Below are positions 1 to 14,887 of a stretch of DNA of 64,000 bases, one piece after another (the first letter of the stretch is position 1; every line of letters starts with the position of its first letter). A program made the translations under genes and the position numbers. The stretch comes from the human T2T-CHM13v2.0 reference genome, Homo sapiens, in NCBI RefSeq assembly GCF_009914755.1, contig NC_060933.1, one strand, 5' to 3'. The notes beneath the pieces are model-generated. The model made no database searches. It was not told where the DNA came from and worked only from the letters and a program-made list of their open reading frames with translations.

Positions 1-387
1 TCTCACAGCACTAAGTAAAGTAAAACTTCCTAAAAATTCGTATTATATTGTTGTCTCCTTAAAGGTTCATTGTCTTAGAGGTAGCTTGTTAGCTCTTTTC
101 CATATCTTTCTGAAAACTCTGGCTAGTACATAGTCTCTGTTGATTCTCTTTGTAGATTTTTCCTTCCTGGGGTGGCTTGATGCCCTTTCCTATGTGCATT
201 ACTCTGCAAATCTACTCCCTGCTTCTGGTGGCTTCAGTTCTGCAACTCTACCCATTACTACAATTATTAAAACAGAGGCCCCAGCCCTTTAGCATGTCAA
301 ACAACAAAGAATATTTTCTTCTTGGTAGCAGAAAGGGGGCAAATGATCTATTTTAATAGTTTTGTCCGTGTCATATATGTTGCTGGG

Positions 388-427
388 TATGTGTGTGTGT
401 GTATATATATGTGTATATATATATATA
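388..427. repeat. (GT)n/(AT)n microsatellite
   Basis: gtgtgtgtgtgtatatatatgtgtatatatatatata read directly. Confidence 0.85.
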
Positions 428-908
428 ATGAAACCTACAGTAGATGCCTTCTGGAAGATGACTTCTTACGTACTCAAGATAGCCCAGCAGATCAGGAATG
501 AACCAGCACTAGGAAAGTTAATACCTAAAGTTTACCAATCATGATCAGAAGTCATACAGAAGTGTAGCAAATTAACAGAAAACTCTGATATTATCTGGAA
601 ACACTTAAATCTATACCAGATTTTCAGATGTATAATGAAAGCATTAAAATTTAGGAGAAACCAGAGAAAAATGTACACTTTAGGTAAAAATGAGGCAATA
701 ATTGGAATTTTGCACTTGGCTTCATTGGCTGCCAGCACTCTGAATGGTGCACAATGAAATCTATAAAATGTGTTGCCAAATCTCTGATCAGTTAAAACTG
801 CTTCGTTTCATTCTTCTCTGGTACAAATGTCTTAATTTTGGTCATGTGATGTTATTTGTCTCATCTGGTTTCTTGGAGACTGAAGGTCTCTTGTTAACTG
901 TAGTAATA

Positions 909-949
909 ATTTCCCCCAGTGTCTTTGCAGCAAAGACACTGGGGGAAAT
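909..949. repeat. Perfect 20-bp inverted repeat with 1-nt spacer
   Basis: atttcccccagtgtctttgc-a-gcaaagacactgggggaaat; arms are exact reverse complements. Confidence 0.97.
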
Positions 950-1177
950 GATCCAGCAACAACACCCACTGAGGTCACCGTGGAGGTGATGACTGGTGAC
1001 TGGAGGCCCCACTAAAGTTTCAAGAATAAGGAATGTGGAGCTCTTTTAAGACTGAAAACTAACTGGCAGACTGGCTGGGAAGGAAGGGTATGTGATGCGG
1101 TAGAGGGTGCTTTGGAATCACACGGGACAGTGTGGCCTTAGGCAAATTTTACTGATCCTCTCTGAGCTAGTTTCTTC

Positions 1178-1551
<374 letters not shown>

Positions 1552-1564
1552 TGAACTTGCAATT

Positions 1565-2323
1565 GAACACATTTGATTGCTTCTAAGATGTCCCCACTTT
1601 CCCCCCTCATTTTAACATCTCTGAAATGGAGTGTGTTTTATAGTCAATAGTTGTCTACAATAACTGTTGTTTCAATGCAGTTATCATTGTGTGTGTGTAA
1701 ACATCGAAACTGTAAAATTGCCGAAGGAGGCTTGGAAGAAAATTGCAAGTGTAGAGAACAGTGGAACATTCTTTTAACCTTTAGAAACTAAATGATGATA
1801 GGGAGGGGGTGAAGAGGTAATGAATCAGAAGTATTAGCAGTATCTCCAAAGCTGTAGTCAAAGTCAGCCAACTCTACATAATTGCAAAGCAGACTTAAGA
1901 ATTCAGAACCAGTGGTTTGATTCTTTCATGGGTTCTTTTAAGAAATGCATCACCAACACTGTTGATGTACAGAGGACAGTACTGCATTGAAAAACATGGG
2001 CAACAGCAATTCTTAGTGAGTAATTCAGAAAACTCAGCCTCCGAATGTGCAGCAGGTTTAGGACACTTTAACTAGTCTATTTCACTTATATTGTCCTCTG
2101 TATGTGTGCAGAAGAGTGATATATGGTTTAAAAAGGCTAAGACTGAAGGAGCTTTTTCAGTAAGTGTAAGATGAACATTGTAAGTGACAAGAAAGTGTAG
2201 TGTTTCTATTTAATTAGAAATACTTTTTGCTTTTTTATTCTTAAAACATTCCTATTTTAAGAATGTCTTAATAGCAAGTGTCTTAAAATTTTTCAGTGCC
2301 TTAGATTCAGCAAATTGCAGTGT
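1565..2323 (+). mobile_element. TcMar-Tc2 (Kanga-type) DNA transposon relic
   Basis: ttctaagatg...cattttaacatctctgaaat start and cttagattca end resemble Kanga/MER104 termini. Confidence 0.5.
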
Positions 2324-2759
2324 ATCAGTCCAAATCTTCCTGTAAAAGCCAAAGCTTGTTAATGCTGCCTAACACCAAGAGACGATGTTAGTGGACACTC
2401 GTAGAATGACTCTCTTGGCTCTATAGCCAAGAGATTGGAAAATACACTGTGGAACGTGTTCATAATTAGAAGAGCTTTGTAGCTTCTTCATAGGGTTAAT
2501 ATGAGAATTATAAGCACTTTGTAAAAAGATCCTTCTCTAGTTTCTGTACGAAATATATTCTCAATATATAATAGTCACTGTTATTAATAATAATAGGCTT
2601 ATATTTATATGTGTACAAGCAAGACAAAGCGACTTGGGCGAATAAACCAATTATAGACTTGTGTGATTCACATTTAGTTGTAGGATGGTAAAGTGACTTA
2701 CCCAAACCATATAGTTTGCTATGCTAGAACCAGGACTAGTATTGAATTCTGTCTCTTTT

Positions 2760-3912
2760 TTTAAAAAATGAATTTTATTGTGTATATTGAAAGTAAACAG
2801 CATGATATTGTGGGATACACATAGATAGCAAAAAGGTTACTGCAGTAAAGCAAATTAACATATCCACAATGTCACATAGTTCTCCTCTTTTGGTTTTTGT
2901 GGCAGGAGCAACTAAAATCGAATTTAGCATGAATCCCAAATGTAGCATAATTTTATTACCTGTAGTCCTCATGTTGTTCATTAGATGTCTATACTTGCTC
3001 ATCCTACACGTCTATTACTTTGTAACCTCAGACCTACATCTCCCCATTTCCTCCCCACCCACCTTCTGCTCCTGTTCTCTATCTCTGTATATTTGATGGG
3101 TTTTTTTTTAAGATTCCACATATAAGTGAGATCATGTAACATTTTTCTTTCTGCATATGGCTTACTTCACTTAGCCATGTTCTTCAGGCTCGCCCATGTT
3201 CTGGCAAATGGCAAGATCTCATTCTTTTTAAGGGCTGGGTAATATTCCATTAAATATGTATACGTGTGTGTGTGCGTGTGTTTGTATGTATGTATGTATG
3301 TCGCAGTGTCAGTTTTTTCCCCATCTGTCTGTTGACAGACACTTAGGTTATTTCCATCTTGGCTGTTATGAATAACACTGCAATCAACTTGGGAATGTGG
3401 ATATCTTTACAAGGTAGTGACTTCATTTCCTTTGGGTATATGCCCATAAAAGGGATTGCAGGATCCTATGGTAGTACTACTTGTAATTTCTTTCAAAACC
3501 GTCATACTACTTTCTACAATGGCTGTACCAATCTACCTCCCCACCAACAATGTTAAGTGTTCCCTTCTCTCCATACCCTCAACAGCATTTGTTATCTTTT
3601 GACTTTTTGATAATAGCCATCTTAAGTGGTGTGAGGTGGTATCCCACAGTGTTTTTGATTTGCTTTTCTCTGATGATTAATGATCTTGAGTGCCTTTTCT
3701 TCTAACTGTTGGACATTTTTGTCTTCTTTGGAGAAATGTCTATTTAGTTCTTTTGCTCATTTTAAAATTTCTACAATTGAGTTACATGAGTTCTTTATAA
3801 ATTTTGGATATTAACCCCTTGTCAGATATACATGGTTTGCAAATATGTTTTCCTAATCCATAGGCTGCCATTTCATTTCATTGTTTCCTTTGCTGTGCAG
3901 AAGCTCTTAGTT
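2760..3912 (-). mobile_element. L1M (MA/MB-type) 3' fragment
   Basis: Antisense L1 3'UTR/ORF2 end (gattccacatataagtgagatcatg; tgctgtgcagaagctc). Confidence 0.88.
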
Positions 3913-4559
3913 TGAGTTCTCTTGATTCCATTTATTTTCATGTTTGTTCATTTGCTGAGTATCTACTATCTGCAGGCCACCTCACTGTGTCTGTGGGTGA
4001 TACAAAAATGTCTACAGTGCAGTCACATTTCATGTGCATTTACCTTACCCCAAATCAACTAAGGCCCTGGGAAATGTGGGAGAGAACACAAGGGAACAAT
4101 TTAAACAGAGCAGCTAGTTCTGCCTACCTTCCTACCAATAAGCACAAGTCCAGAGTGAGTGTGGGATGGGAGTTGTGAATATTTCTTTCCCTCAATAGTC
4201 TCAGTTCTCAAGCGCTTTTCATGATGTGACCATCTCACCTCACGGCAGATGATCACCATATTTAAACATACACATTTTTCACACAAGATAGCCCTTAAAC
4301 ACAAAGTCAACTACCCCATTGAGTCTTCAACATGAAGACAACAATCTGTTCTAATGCAAGAAGAACAACCAACTACTTTGGGCTTACCAAGAGATATAAA
4401 TTAAGTGCACTTACGTTTGCTTGCTAGTATGTGCTTGCATATATAGTTTATACAGTGCTTCATAGGCCAAGATATTTAAGAAATTTGCAAAGGTAACCTT
4501 GAATGTATTTTTAATATCTCAGAGCTTGAAGTGAAGGAAGAATACAATAATGGGTTTGT

Positions 4560-4990
4560 GGATGGGGAATTTGCAAGATGGACCAGAGGGGTGAAAGACT
4601 GAAGCAGGGGGACCAGTTAGGAAACTCTCACAATGCTTCACACAAATGATAGCAGGAGCTTCAACCAGGACAGTGACAAAGGAACAATGGAGAAGATATA
4701 AAGAAGGCAGAAACAACCAGTGGGCGATGACTAGCGATGGAATCGTCTAGAGAAGGAGGGGTTAAAGCTTACTTTGAGTTTTCTAGTCTGGTGAATTAGG
4801 ACAATGATTAGGATAAAAAAATGACAATTGCCGCAGGGAACATACAACATGGATCATTTTATCAGTTTGAGGGAAGTTTGGGCAGCCCAAATTATGGGGT
4901 CAGTTTTGGATATATTGAGTTGGAAGTATTTGAGTGACATCCTGGTGAAGCTGTCCAGCAGGGAGAAAATATGAGACTTGTATTTAGGAG
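4560..4990 (-). mobile_element. L2 fragment
   Basis: Purine-rich degenerate L2-like sequence (gagttttctagtctggtgaattagg; cagttttggatatattgagttgg). Confidence 0.6.
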
Positions 4991-5139
4991 GATTTAGGGC
5001 TCCATATTTTGATCTAATGAAAATACAACATGCCTTTACTAGGCTGAGATATATAAAATGCGATAGTATTGAATTTTCATGTCCCAAATTACACTGGCTC
5101 CAGCCCTACTGACTCACTGCCCAACCACAACTCCACTTT

Positions 5140-5640
5140 GTCTTATTCTTTGTTCCCCAGAAAGTAAAGCCTGAGGCAAAAGCTTGTGAGGACTTCTTTG
5201 TTAGGGACCACAACCCCAGGTAACAGAAGTGAGACTATGGGGGAGTGAGGCTGGAAAGGTGAGGAGACCCCACGAGGGTGCGCTACTGAGCTTGCCACCC
5301 TTTGAAGGGAGACTGATTACCCGACCTTCTAAGAATCCATATAAAAATTAGTTCCCAGGAGAATGCAATGCGAGGAATTGGGATGAATCTATTCCCTGGC
5401 TCCATTTCACATAGGTCAAAGGTTTGCGATATGGAATATCTTCCTTATACTTACAGCGATGCGTGCACAGGTACTGTGGGGTCCCACAGCTTTTAAAGCC
5501 CCGTGTCAATAAGGAAGCTCTGGGGCAGAAAGCAACATGTGGCAGATGTGGCATGGGGTGAGGGACTGTTGCATTTCACTCACAGACTCATGGCTGGTCA
5601 CCACAGCAATGTCTGGGTGGGAACAAGTTGCTTAAGGCTA
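5140..5640 (-). mobile_element. ERVL LTR16/LTR33-like remnant
   Basis: cccagaaagtaaagcctgaggcaaaagcttgtg resembles the LTR16/33 terminus. Confidence 0.45.
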
Positions 5641-6046
5641 TGAAGATTGGGAAGGTCAAGCTTACCTGAGGGGCGAATCTCCAACTTCAGTGTGCCCTGG
5701 TAAATTCCGAGTCCCCAAAAGGATGCCTGTTATGGGGCCACAAAGCAGCTTTCCCACTTCATCTAGCTTGCTCCCTCCAGTGCGGCTTCCCCAGCTGCTG
5801 CTGCTGCCCTGGGTTGAGCAAGGAGACAGCACCGCCTCTGCTGATGGCGGTCCCCAGGAAACAGATTTTCTGATGCTGCCACAGTCTTCTCTTTGGGGTG
5901 CCAGAATTGTTCTGGGTCAATGTGAAGGATGGAAAACGGCAGGGGAGAAGAAGCCAACCTCTAACCTCCCACCACATTTTGTCACCAGCTCCTGAAAACT
6001 TTGCTCTCACTGGCTCCATGAAGTCCCCCAGGGGAGCTTATTTTTC

Positions 6047-6758
<712 letters not shown>

Positions 6759-7069
6759 TGAAAAGCTTATTTTTCAATGGACCCTTCCATTTCTCATCTT
6801 CTTCAAACCGTCCCCCTCTCTCTACATGTCTCTATGCAGGATTCCTGCAGGTGATCCAACAGAGAAGCCGATTATGAGAAGCAGGAGATGCCTGTTAGGG
6901 AGCCACAGTGAGGTGCTGTGGTTGCACCAGTGTGAACCTGGTCAATGTCTGTGAGCACATGGTCATCACAACATTGGCTGGAGGAGACAGTGGAGTTGAG
7001 AGGATCTGAGGGGGACACAAAAGAGGTGCCTGACTCAGTGAGATTTCCCCAATGGAGCAGGGGAGAGAG

Positions 7070-7700
7070 ATGAGGCCCAAGACCTGCAAACACCTGGGAG
7101 GCTGAAGAAAGACAGAAGGGGCTGAGAAGAGACCAATGAAAAGGCATCAGAGAGGTAGGAGGAAAATACTACAGTAGTAAATATAACCGCTAAAGCCGTA
7201 ACAACAACTCTAGCAGTAGTGGGGATAGTCATAGCAGTGAGCTCTGTATAAACGCGGACTCTGCGGCAGGCACTGTTCTAAGGTCTTTATATATATTAAC
7301 TCGTTTAATACAGCTGGATGAGGTGGCCACAGTTACTCTCCCCAGTTGCACATGGAGTCACCAAGTTACTGAGACATTAAGGTTCACAACTCAGGATTTG
7401 AGTCCACAGCCTGTACTCCTCACCACATCACCCTGTGGACCCAAAGAATATAAGGTACTCCTGAGGCAAGGGAGGATGAGAATCACAAGGAGGGAACAGG
7501 CAAGGGCATCTCTGCTTCCTCGGGAGAGAATGAAGACTAAAGAAAGGAGGAAAGGCCATGTGATGTGTGAACAAGAAGAAATCAGTCACTTTGGAAAATG
7601 TAGTGTGATTTGGGTGGTGAGAACTCAGACTGCAAAGGGCTGAGGACAGCGTGGGGCCCAGGTCAATTTTTGAAGTCCTTTGCTAGTGAAGAGAAGTCAG
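7070..7700 (-). mobile_element. L2 fragment interrupted by a MIR (~7200-7430)
   Basis: cagagaggtaggaggaaa L2-like; ggcactgttctaagg...ggatttgagtcc MIR-like. Confidence 0.6.
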
Positions 7701-8413
7701 TGTCTTATTTTAGTGTAATACTCTCAAGTCCTGGTTTCTTAATGGAAGAGAGGGATCCTGTATCTGGGGAAGGACAGTGTCATCAGCAGGACCTTAAATG
7801 TTACTATGCTTGAGTTGGCACAGTTCTCTGAGGTCTAGAAAATGTCCTCAGGTGGTGTCTCTCATGCTAAATGCCATTTAAAAAAGTGAAGAAGCAACAC
7901 AGTGCTCATTAGAGACTGAGGAAGCCTTTGAAGACAGGAATAATGAGCATATTTTTACTCTCATTCTTTGCCATTTCTGGTTTCCCACAAAATGGCAGAA
8001 AGGGACACGCTCTCTTGCCAACCTTCTACTTTCCCTCCTCCTGCCTCATTATCTGGGCCCAGTCATTATACTACATTTTCTGTGTGTTTGGATAGAAAAG
8101 CCAGCTCTTCAAACCATAACATTGGCAGCAATTTTCTTCCTACAGTTTGTAAAAATTAAATCACAAATCAAAAGAATATGAGCCAAACATGCCGCAGCCA
8201 TTTGGAGTTACATAAAAGGGAAGCCATCAACACCTCCCTATCTTGGCTGATGAATGTATCTGATATTTCAGACTTATTTCTTGGTTCTTTCATGACCACA
8301 AGACCAAAACTAATCAGTCCAATTAGACAAACTTCCAGATTATAGCTCTGAAGTCAACTCAACAAGTAACATATCCAACAATATAATTTGCCAAGTGTAA
8401 TTTGCAGGATGCA

Positions 8414-8435
8414 GGGGTGGGGTGGGGTCAGGGGG
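8414..8435 (+). other. Potential four-tier G-quadruplex
   Basis: GGGGTGGGGTGGGGTCAGGGGG. Confidence 0.7.
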
Positions 8436-8599
8436 AGGCGGTTCCTGATTTATCACAGCAGCTAAAGCCATATTCCAGTCTGAATACAAAATAGACAAAG
8501 AAAGAGAAAGTTAGATTAGGGGCACTGAAACTACTGATCATCATGTTTTTCCGATATTAAAAAAAAAAAAAAAGAAAAGGAAAAGAAAAGCTGAGGTTA

Positions 8600-9660
8600 A
8601 GAACACCATCCAGTAAAAGCCCTCAAAACAGTTACAAAAATATGTAAAACACATTCCAAAGGAATTAAATGTAAAAAAAAAATCAAACTCAAAGAGAACT
8701 AGAAGAATATATAGATATTTTTCTGATTATAATGGTAGGATGGTCTTTCCTAGCATGCAAAGAAAAAAAAGCCCATGAAAATTAAGAGATTTTACCACAT
8801 GAATATTTAGTTTTTCTGTACCCCACAAAAACCACCATAAACAAAATCAGGCCTAAGACAAATATTTGTAACCCATATGCTAGAAAAATGATTTACATTC
8901 TCAGCTTTATTTTTAACTGATTTTATTGGGATATAATTTACCACACCATTCACCCATTTAAAATGGACAGTTAATGGTTTTTAGATATTCACATAATTGT
9001 TCAAACATTACCACAATTAAGTGTGTAATATTTTTATCGCTTCAAAAAGAAACTTTTGTACCCACTAAAAGTCACTCCCCGTTTTCTCCCAACCCCCTAG
9101 CCCTGGGGGGTTTCTACTTTCCATCTCTATATATTTGCCTAGTGAGAATATTTTATGTAAACGGAATCATACAAAAAATGCTCTTTTTGTGCCTGGCTTC
9201 TTTGATACTAGGAGGGAATATACAACTTTCCTGTAGAGTAATTTAGGCATATTCATAGTTTCAAAGTTATTTATAGTGGTTATCCAATAATTCTTATTTC
9301 AGGAATTTGTCTTAAGGAAATAAGAGATGTACACAATAATTTATGTACAAAGAGGTTAATAAAGCATTATTTGTAATAGAGAAAAATGGAAAGAATTCAA
9401 ATGCTCAACAATAGCAAAACAGATAGATCCATATCCATAAAATGGAATGCTACACCATCATAGATAATTAATTGCTACAAATATGCAAGGTCATAAGAAT
9501 ATGCTCATAATATATTATTAAGTCTACCTACCTATTTGTCCATTCATCCTCAATATTTTATTGCTGGATAAGGAAATGTAAATCTGAGTGATTTGTTCTC
9601 TTCTTTATACCCCTTTGGTTTCTCCAATTTTAAAATTTAATTAACATGTATGACTTTTAT
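8600..9660 (+). mobile_element. Old L1M fragments (sense) with a nested antisense L1MB 3' end at ~8905-9205
   Basis: A-rich L1-like tracts; cattcacccatttaaaat...ggaatcataca marks an L1MB 3' end in reverse. Confidence 0.6.
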
Positions 9661-9741
9661 AACAAAAAGCCATCATTAGAACAACTCACTGAATTTTAGA
9701 ATCACCTCATCTAGCTCATTGTCTAACACTTTGGCATTCCT

Positions 9742-10295
9742 TGTATCAGTTAGATTCTCTAACTGACAGAAAACAGTTACATTATAGAAAGGCATGCAAC
9801 TCAAACTGGCTTAAGCAAAAAAAGACAATTGATTGTCATGACTGAAAAATTCACTGGCAGTAATGGTTTCAGGCATAGCTGGATCCAGGGGCTAAAAGGT
9901 ATCATCAGGAATCAATCTTCCTCTTTCAGCTCTTTGTTTTTGTTTTCCTCTATTTGGTTTTATTCTTAGATGGGCCTTTATTTTTTTAGGGTTGTTCCTA
10001 GTAGTTTAGAAACTACATAAGAGGGAAGAAATTTTTCCTTTAATAATTTTAGCAAAAGTCTCAGAATTTAATCTGACTGGACCAACTTGGGTCATGTGCT
10101 TATCCTGGAATCATTACTGTGGCGAAGTGGATAAGAAGACCTGAATAGCTCTCCACCCCCAAATTATCTGTTAATTCTTTTAGCCAGGGAACAGTTTCAC
10201 GTTAATTTTATGAAGAGAGAGAGGTGAAAGAATGGTTCTCTGAAAGAAAATCAGTGTGCTATTGCCAGAAAAGAGAATGAGTGCTTTGCAGCCAA
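9742..10295 (-). mobile_element. MLT1 (K/J-type) MaLR LTR
   Basis: tgtatcagtta...caactcaaactggcttaagcaaaaaa...ttcaggcatagctggatccaggggct. Confidence 0.75.
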
Positions 10296-10451
10296 AAAAA
10301 AAAAAAAAAAAAGTCTTTAATTTCCCTGGTCTGTAATACATGGTCTCCCTGCATCTCCAGTGTCTGAAGCAGTTAGCTCCATTGAGTTCACTTGGGTTCA
10401 TTTGAGTTCTTCCTTACACCAATCCAATATCTACCTCCTGCTAAGTCCACC

Positions 10452-10810
10452 TGATATGGTTTGGTTCTGTGTCCCCACCCAAATCTCATCTCAAATTGCA
10501 ATCCCCACGTATCGGGGGAGGGATCTGGTGGGAGGTGGTTGGATCATGGGGGTGGTTCTCCCATGCTGTTCTCATGATAGTGAGGGAGTTCTCATGAGAT
10601 CTGATGGTTTAAAAGTGTGCGCCTTTCTTTGCTGTCTCTCTCTTGCTGTCATTAAGATGTGCCTTGCTTTCCCTTTGCCTTCTGCCAGGATTGTAAGTTT
10701 CCTGAGGCCTTCCCAGCCATGCAGCACTGTGAGTCAATTAAACCTCTTTTCTTCATAAATTACCCAGTCTCAAGTAGTTCTTCATGGCAATGTGAAAACA
10801 GACTAATACA
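10452..10810 (+). mobile_element. MSTA/THE1D-type MaLR solo LTR
   Basis: tgatatggtttgg...ccccacccaaatctca start, gactaataca end; TSD ccacc/ctacc. Confidence 0.92.
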
Positions 10811-11554
10811 CTACCCTCTGCCACTCTCAGTAATTTCTTTGGTCCATATGAATAAAAAAAGATGTATCCACCATCTCTTCTTGGAAATTAAACTGACAGT
10901 GGGTTTTGTTTGGCTTACACCCACCTGCAGGAGCTGATTACCACTCCTTAATAAATCTCTACTTCTAGTGAAGCTTCTTTAGTCCTCAAAGCAGACAGCC
11001 CTGTTGCGAAGTGGCCTGAGGCCCTGACCCTGCCGACAGTTGGAGGGAGATAAGAATGGGGAGCCCGTGAGATGATATAGTGTGGGAGTGGGATGAAGGT
11101 TTTGCATCTTGGGAAAGGAGGGAGTCTGTAGCCCGAGCTAAAGGCAGAGCAGGATCCTGGCCATTCTAGCTCAGGTTCTGGAGGAAATAGCCAGCAACAT
11201 CTTCAGCAGGTAGAGGGGAAATGACAAGAAAAAGAAGCAAGCAGTGTCTGTGACCACCTCCCATCCCGATTCATTGTTACTCAAAGTATCATCTTCAGCC
11301 CAGCAGTGATCTCACCATGAACCTCTAATCAAAAAAGAAAGTTGTTTCTAAAAATCTTTAAGAGTAAACATTCCCATAAGCCTTTATTTATGCTTATGAG
11401 TAAGTGCTACGTATTGATAAATTCTAATTAAGTATTACTAAAATATGGTAAGAGAATGAGCTATTAAGGGAAAATACCCCACATTATTTTTGTTTGTTTT
11501 ATTTTATTTTTTGGTTTGGGGTTTTGTGTAATTTTGGGATTTTTTTTTCTCCAG

Positions 11555-11677
11555 CTGTAGGCTAACCCAAGAAGAATAAAGCATCGGCTTCCCTGACATG
11601 CTGCTCCCCCCAAAACAGAGTGCCAATATGATTCCAAGGTTCTTAGCACACTGTATATTACCTCACTCCTCCTACAG
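11555..11677 (+). other. Candidate 123-nt spliced exon containing an ATG at 11598
   Basis: Acceptor tttttttttctccag|C and donor CAG|gtaagt; ATG frame open to the donor (phase 2). Confidence 0.4.
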
Positions 11678-13089
11678 GTAAGTAGAAGTTCAGGGCCATT
11701 GAAGAGATTAATAAGGGCTGTTGGGAGTTGGAAAAGTCAGAATGGACTGAACTAAAGTGAGAAGGCAGAGGTTGAGAAAGAGACAGTCTTGGGGATTTGT
11801 GAGCCCAGCAGAAGCTCAGGTTAAATTTGTTTACTGATGAGTTGCCTGCATGGTGCACTTCATGAGACTGGAAGGCAAGGCTGCCTAGGAGCAACATGAG
11901 ACTTGGGGGTCTATGTTAGACCTGAAGGACTGGAGACACCTGCCTTCATTCAAAATGGACTAGGCTGCCTTAGACAGTGTACATCTCAGCAGTGACAGTG
12001 ATGGACCAAAGACCCTCTGTATAAGTTCAAAGACTCTGATTGGACTGTACAAGTAGAGTGAGCCTGCTCTCCAGTAATGATTTCGGGCGTCTCATTAACC
12101 TGGGAAGTAGGGACTTAGAGGTCCCCATTTTAAAAGTTATAAAATTTTTCTTGCATGGAGTGCTGTGGCTTGGATTCACATCATTCTATATGGCAGTCAT
12201 AAATCAAAATTATTAGCGTTTGCAGAAGACTAGTTTGGCATTTTATTTATAAGTTTAGTGGACACACAATAATTTGGCTTTTACTCAGTGAGATACTAGG
12301 AATTCCTGCCAGAATCATCAGTTTTGATTGGAGTTTTCCGTGGTTTTCAACTACTAATATTCTAGCTTTTTAGTTACAAGTTATTATTGGTTTTGCTTCA
12401 TCTTTATCATTTTAATTTGCTGTGATTTGCCCAGTTAGCCTGTGATAGTATATATTTTCATCAACAGAGTTTTACCCTATAACTTCCTGATATATAGATT
12501 TTTAGACATCTGTTGATAGCTTGAATATCATTCAGTCCCTACTGTTCATATAATCAGTGGCACCCCCCTATCAGCTTCTAAAGTGGTATTTTATTCTAAT
12601 CATCATTTTTTTTTTTCTGCTAGAAACTCGGAATGAGTGGGGTACGTGAACTAAGGGGTTCTCTGCTTAGCCAGTGGGCCTTGATCATAGTTTGGCAATT
12701 GCTACTCGGAGGCTATAACATCCCTGTAGCCTCTGAGGCCCATGGCTTCCTCCCTACTTATTCTTTTCCTTACCTTTTATCTTTGGAAGCTCTAGGAACA
12801 AGAGATGAAATCCTAGTTTATCACTTTCAGTGTTGGAACCATATATTTTGCAGTTGTCATATGAAGATACAAAGAAGTACCTGATGATTTAGATACACTG
12901 AAAAAGAGTCTTGATGTGTCGGCAGCAAAAATACAGTAAACTAAACTACCTTTGATGATAATTTATATAAGATTTCATTTCTTCCTTGCAAGTAGGCTGT
13001 TTTCTAGTATTGATGTTGAATTAGATTTTTAGGGTAGTGTTTTAAAACTAGGAAAAAGACTTTTTAATACTTAAACATTCAGAAACTAG

Positions 13090-13470
13090 TGTCATCAATG
13101 TCATTGTGCCCACCACTCACAATGAATAAATGTTAACATTTTATAATATTCCCTTCATTTATATTTGTAAAACTGAAATATTACTGATCCAGCTGGAGCC
13201 TCTTTGTACCTGGTCCTATTTTCCTCCTTCTCCAGAGACAACTGTGCTCATGATTTTGGTATGTATCTGACTTCTAGTATGTGCTTCCATACTTTGACTA
13301 CACAGGTATTTATCCCTAAACAAGTGTTGCTATTGTATGTTTTTAAACTTACTTAAATGGCACTGTAATGTATACATCAGTCTGTAACTTTGATTTTTCA
13401 TTTAGTATTATGATTTTGAGATTTATCTTTACACACAGATCTAATTGTTCATTTCATCTAGTTCACTCAT
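13090..13470 (-). mobile_element. L1ME-type 3' fragment
   Basis: Degenerate antisense L1 3'UTR (tttcatttagtattatgattttgagatttatc). Confidence 0.55.
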
Positions 13471-13884
13471 TCTAGGAGACAAAGACACATGTAGAGTATT
13501 TCTTTAAGTAAATATTCTCCTATGGATGGCCCAATTAAAATGTACAGTATTCTATAAGTTATCAGCTTAGCTACTGTCACTTGCTGGAAGCTTTTTCTAT
13601 TTCTGTCTTTCTCTCACCATTAGAGTGTAGTAGAGGCCCTTCCTCTTCCTGGTCCCCTGTGCTCATGTGTGTTATAGACTCCACCACATATTGTTGAAAA
13701 ATGTCCTCCTTTGCCTTAGACTGTGGACTCATCAACATCAGGGACCTGTAATCTGTTCATAATGTTCATGGTGTAGCCCCCAGGTCAGTGCTGTGCAGGA
13801 GACAATGCTGGCACATTTTGATGAACAGATGAATAAATGATTCTATGTCATGGAGTAAGCTATGTCAGTGATTTATTGATGTAG

Positions 13885-14520
<636 letters not shown>

Positions 14521-14577
14521 TAAAGCCATTGCATTCTGTCTGCTGGACCTAGTTGTCCTCCCCCATTGAACAATGGC

Positions 14578-14640
14578 AGTCCTTTACTATTTGAGTCTTT
14601 TACTATTTTAATAATAGTCTTTTACTATTTTAACTTTTAC
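14578..14640. repeat. Short imperfect tandem repeat (agtcttttactatttt x3)
   Basis: Copies start at 14578, 14594 and 14616. Confidence 0.8.
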
Positions 14641-14887
14641 AAATTAAGCTAATGGAAATAATATTCTCAATTTCATGTTTGTTAAATCTTTGCCACACAT
14701 TACCACTTTCTTATTTTAATATCTATTAGATGGTATCTGTTTTAGTTCTAAATGACATATTTATTTTAAATTAAATAAGTGACAGTTTTCTGGTGTTTCA
14801 TCATAAGCACCTGTACTTCCGTGTGCTCTGCCACTTTAATGAGTATGAAGACCACTGTGCTAACTACATCAAAAACTAGGCACTCAA

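Noticed and set aside
12919-12940. tcggcagca resembling the U6 snRNA 5' end
   Set aside because: Only ~9 nt match, with no continuation.
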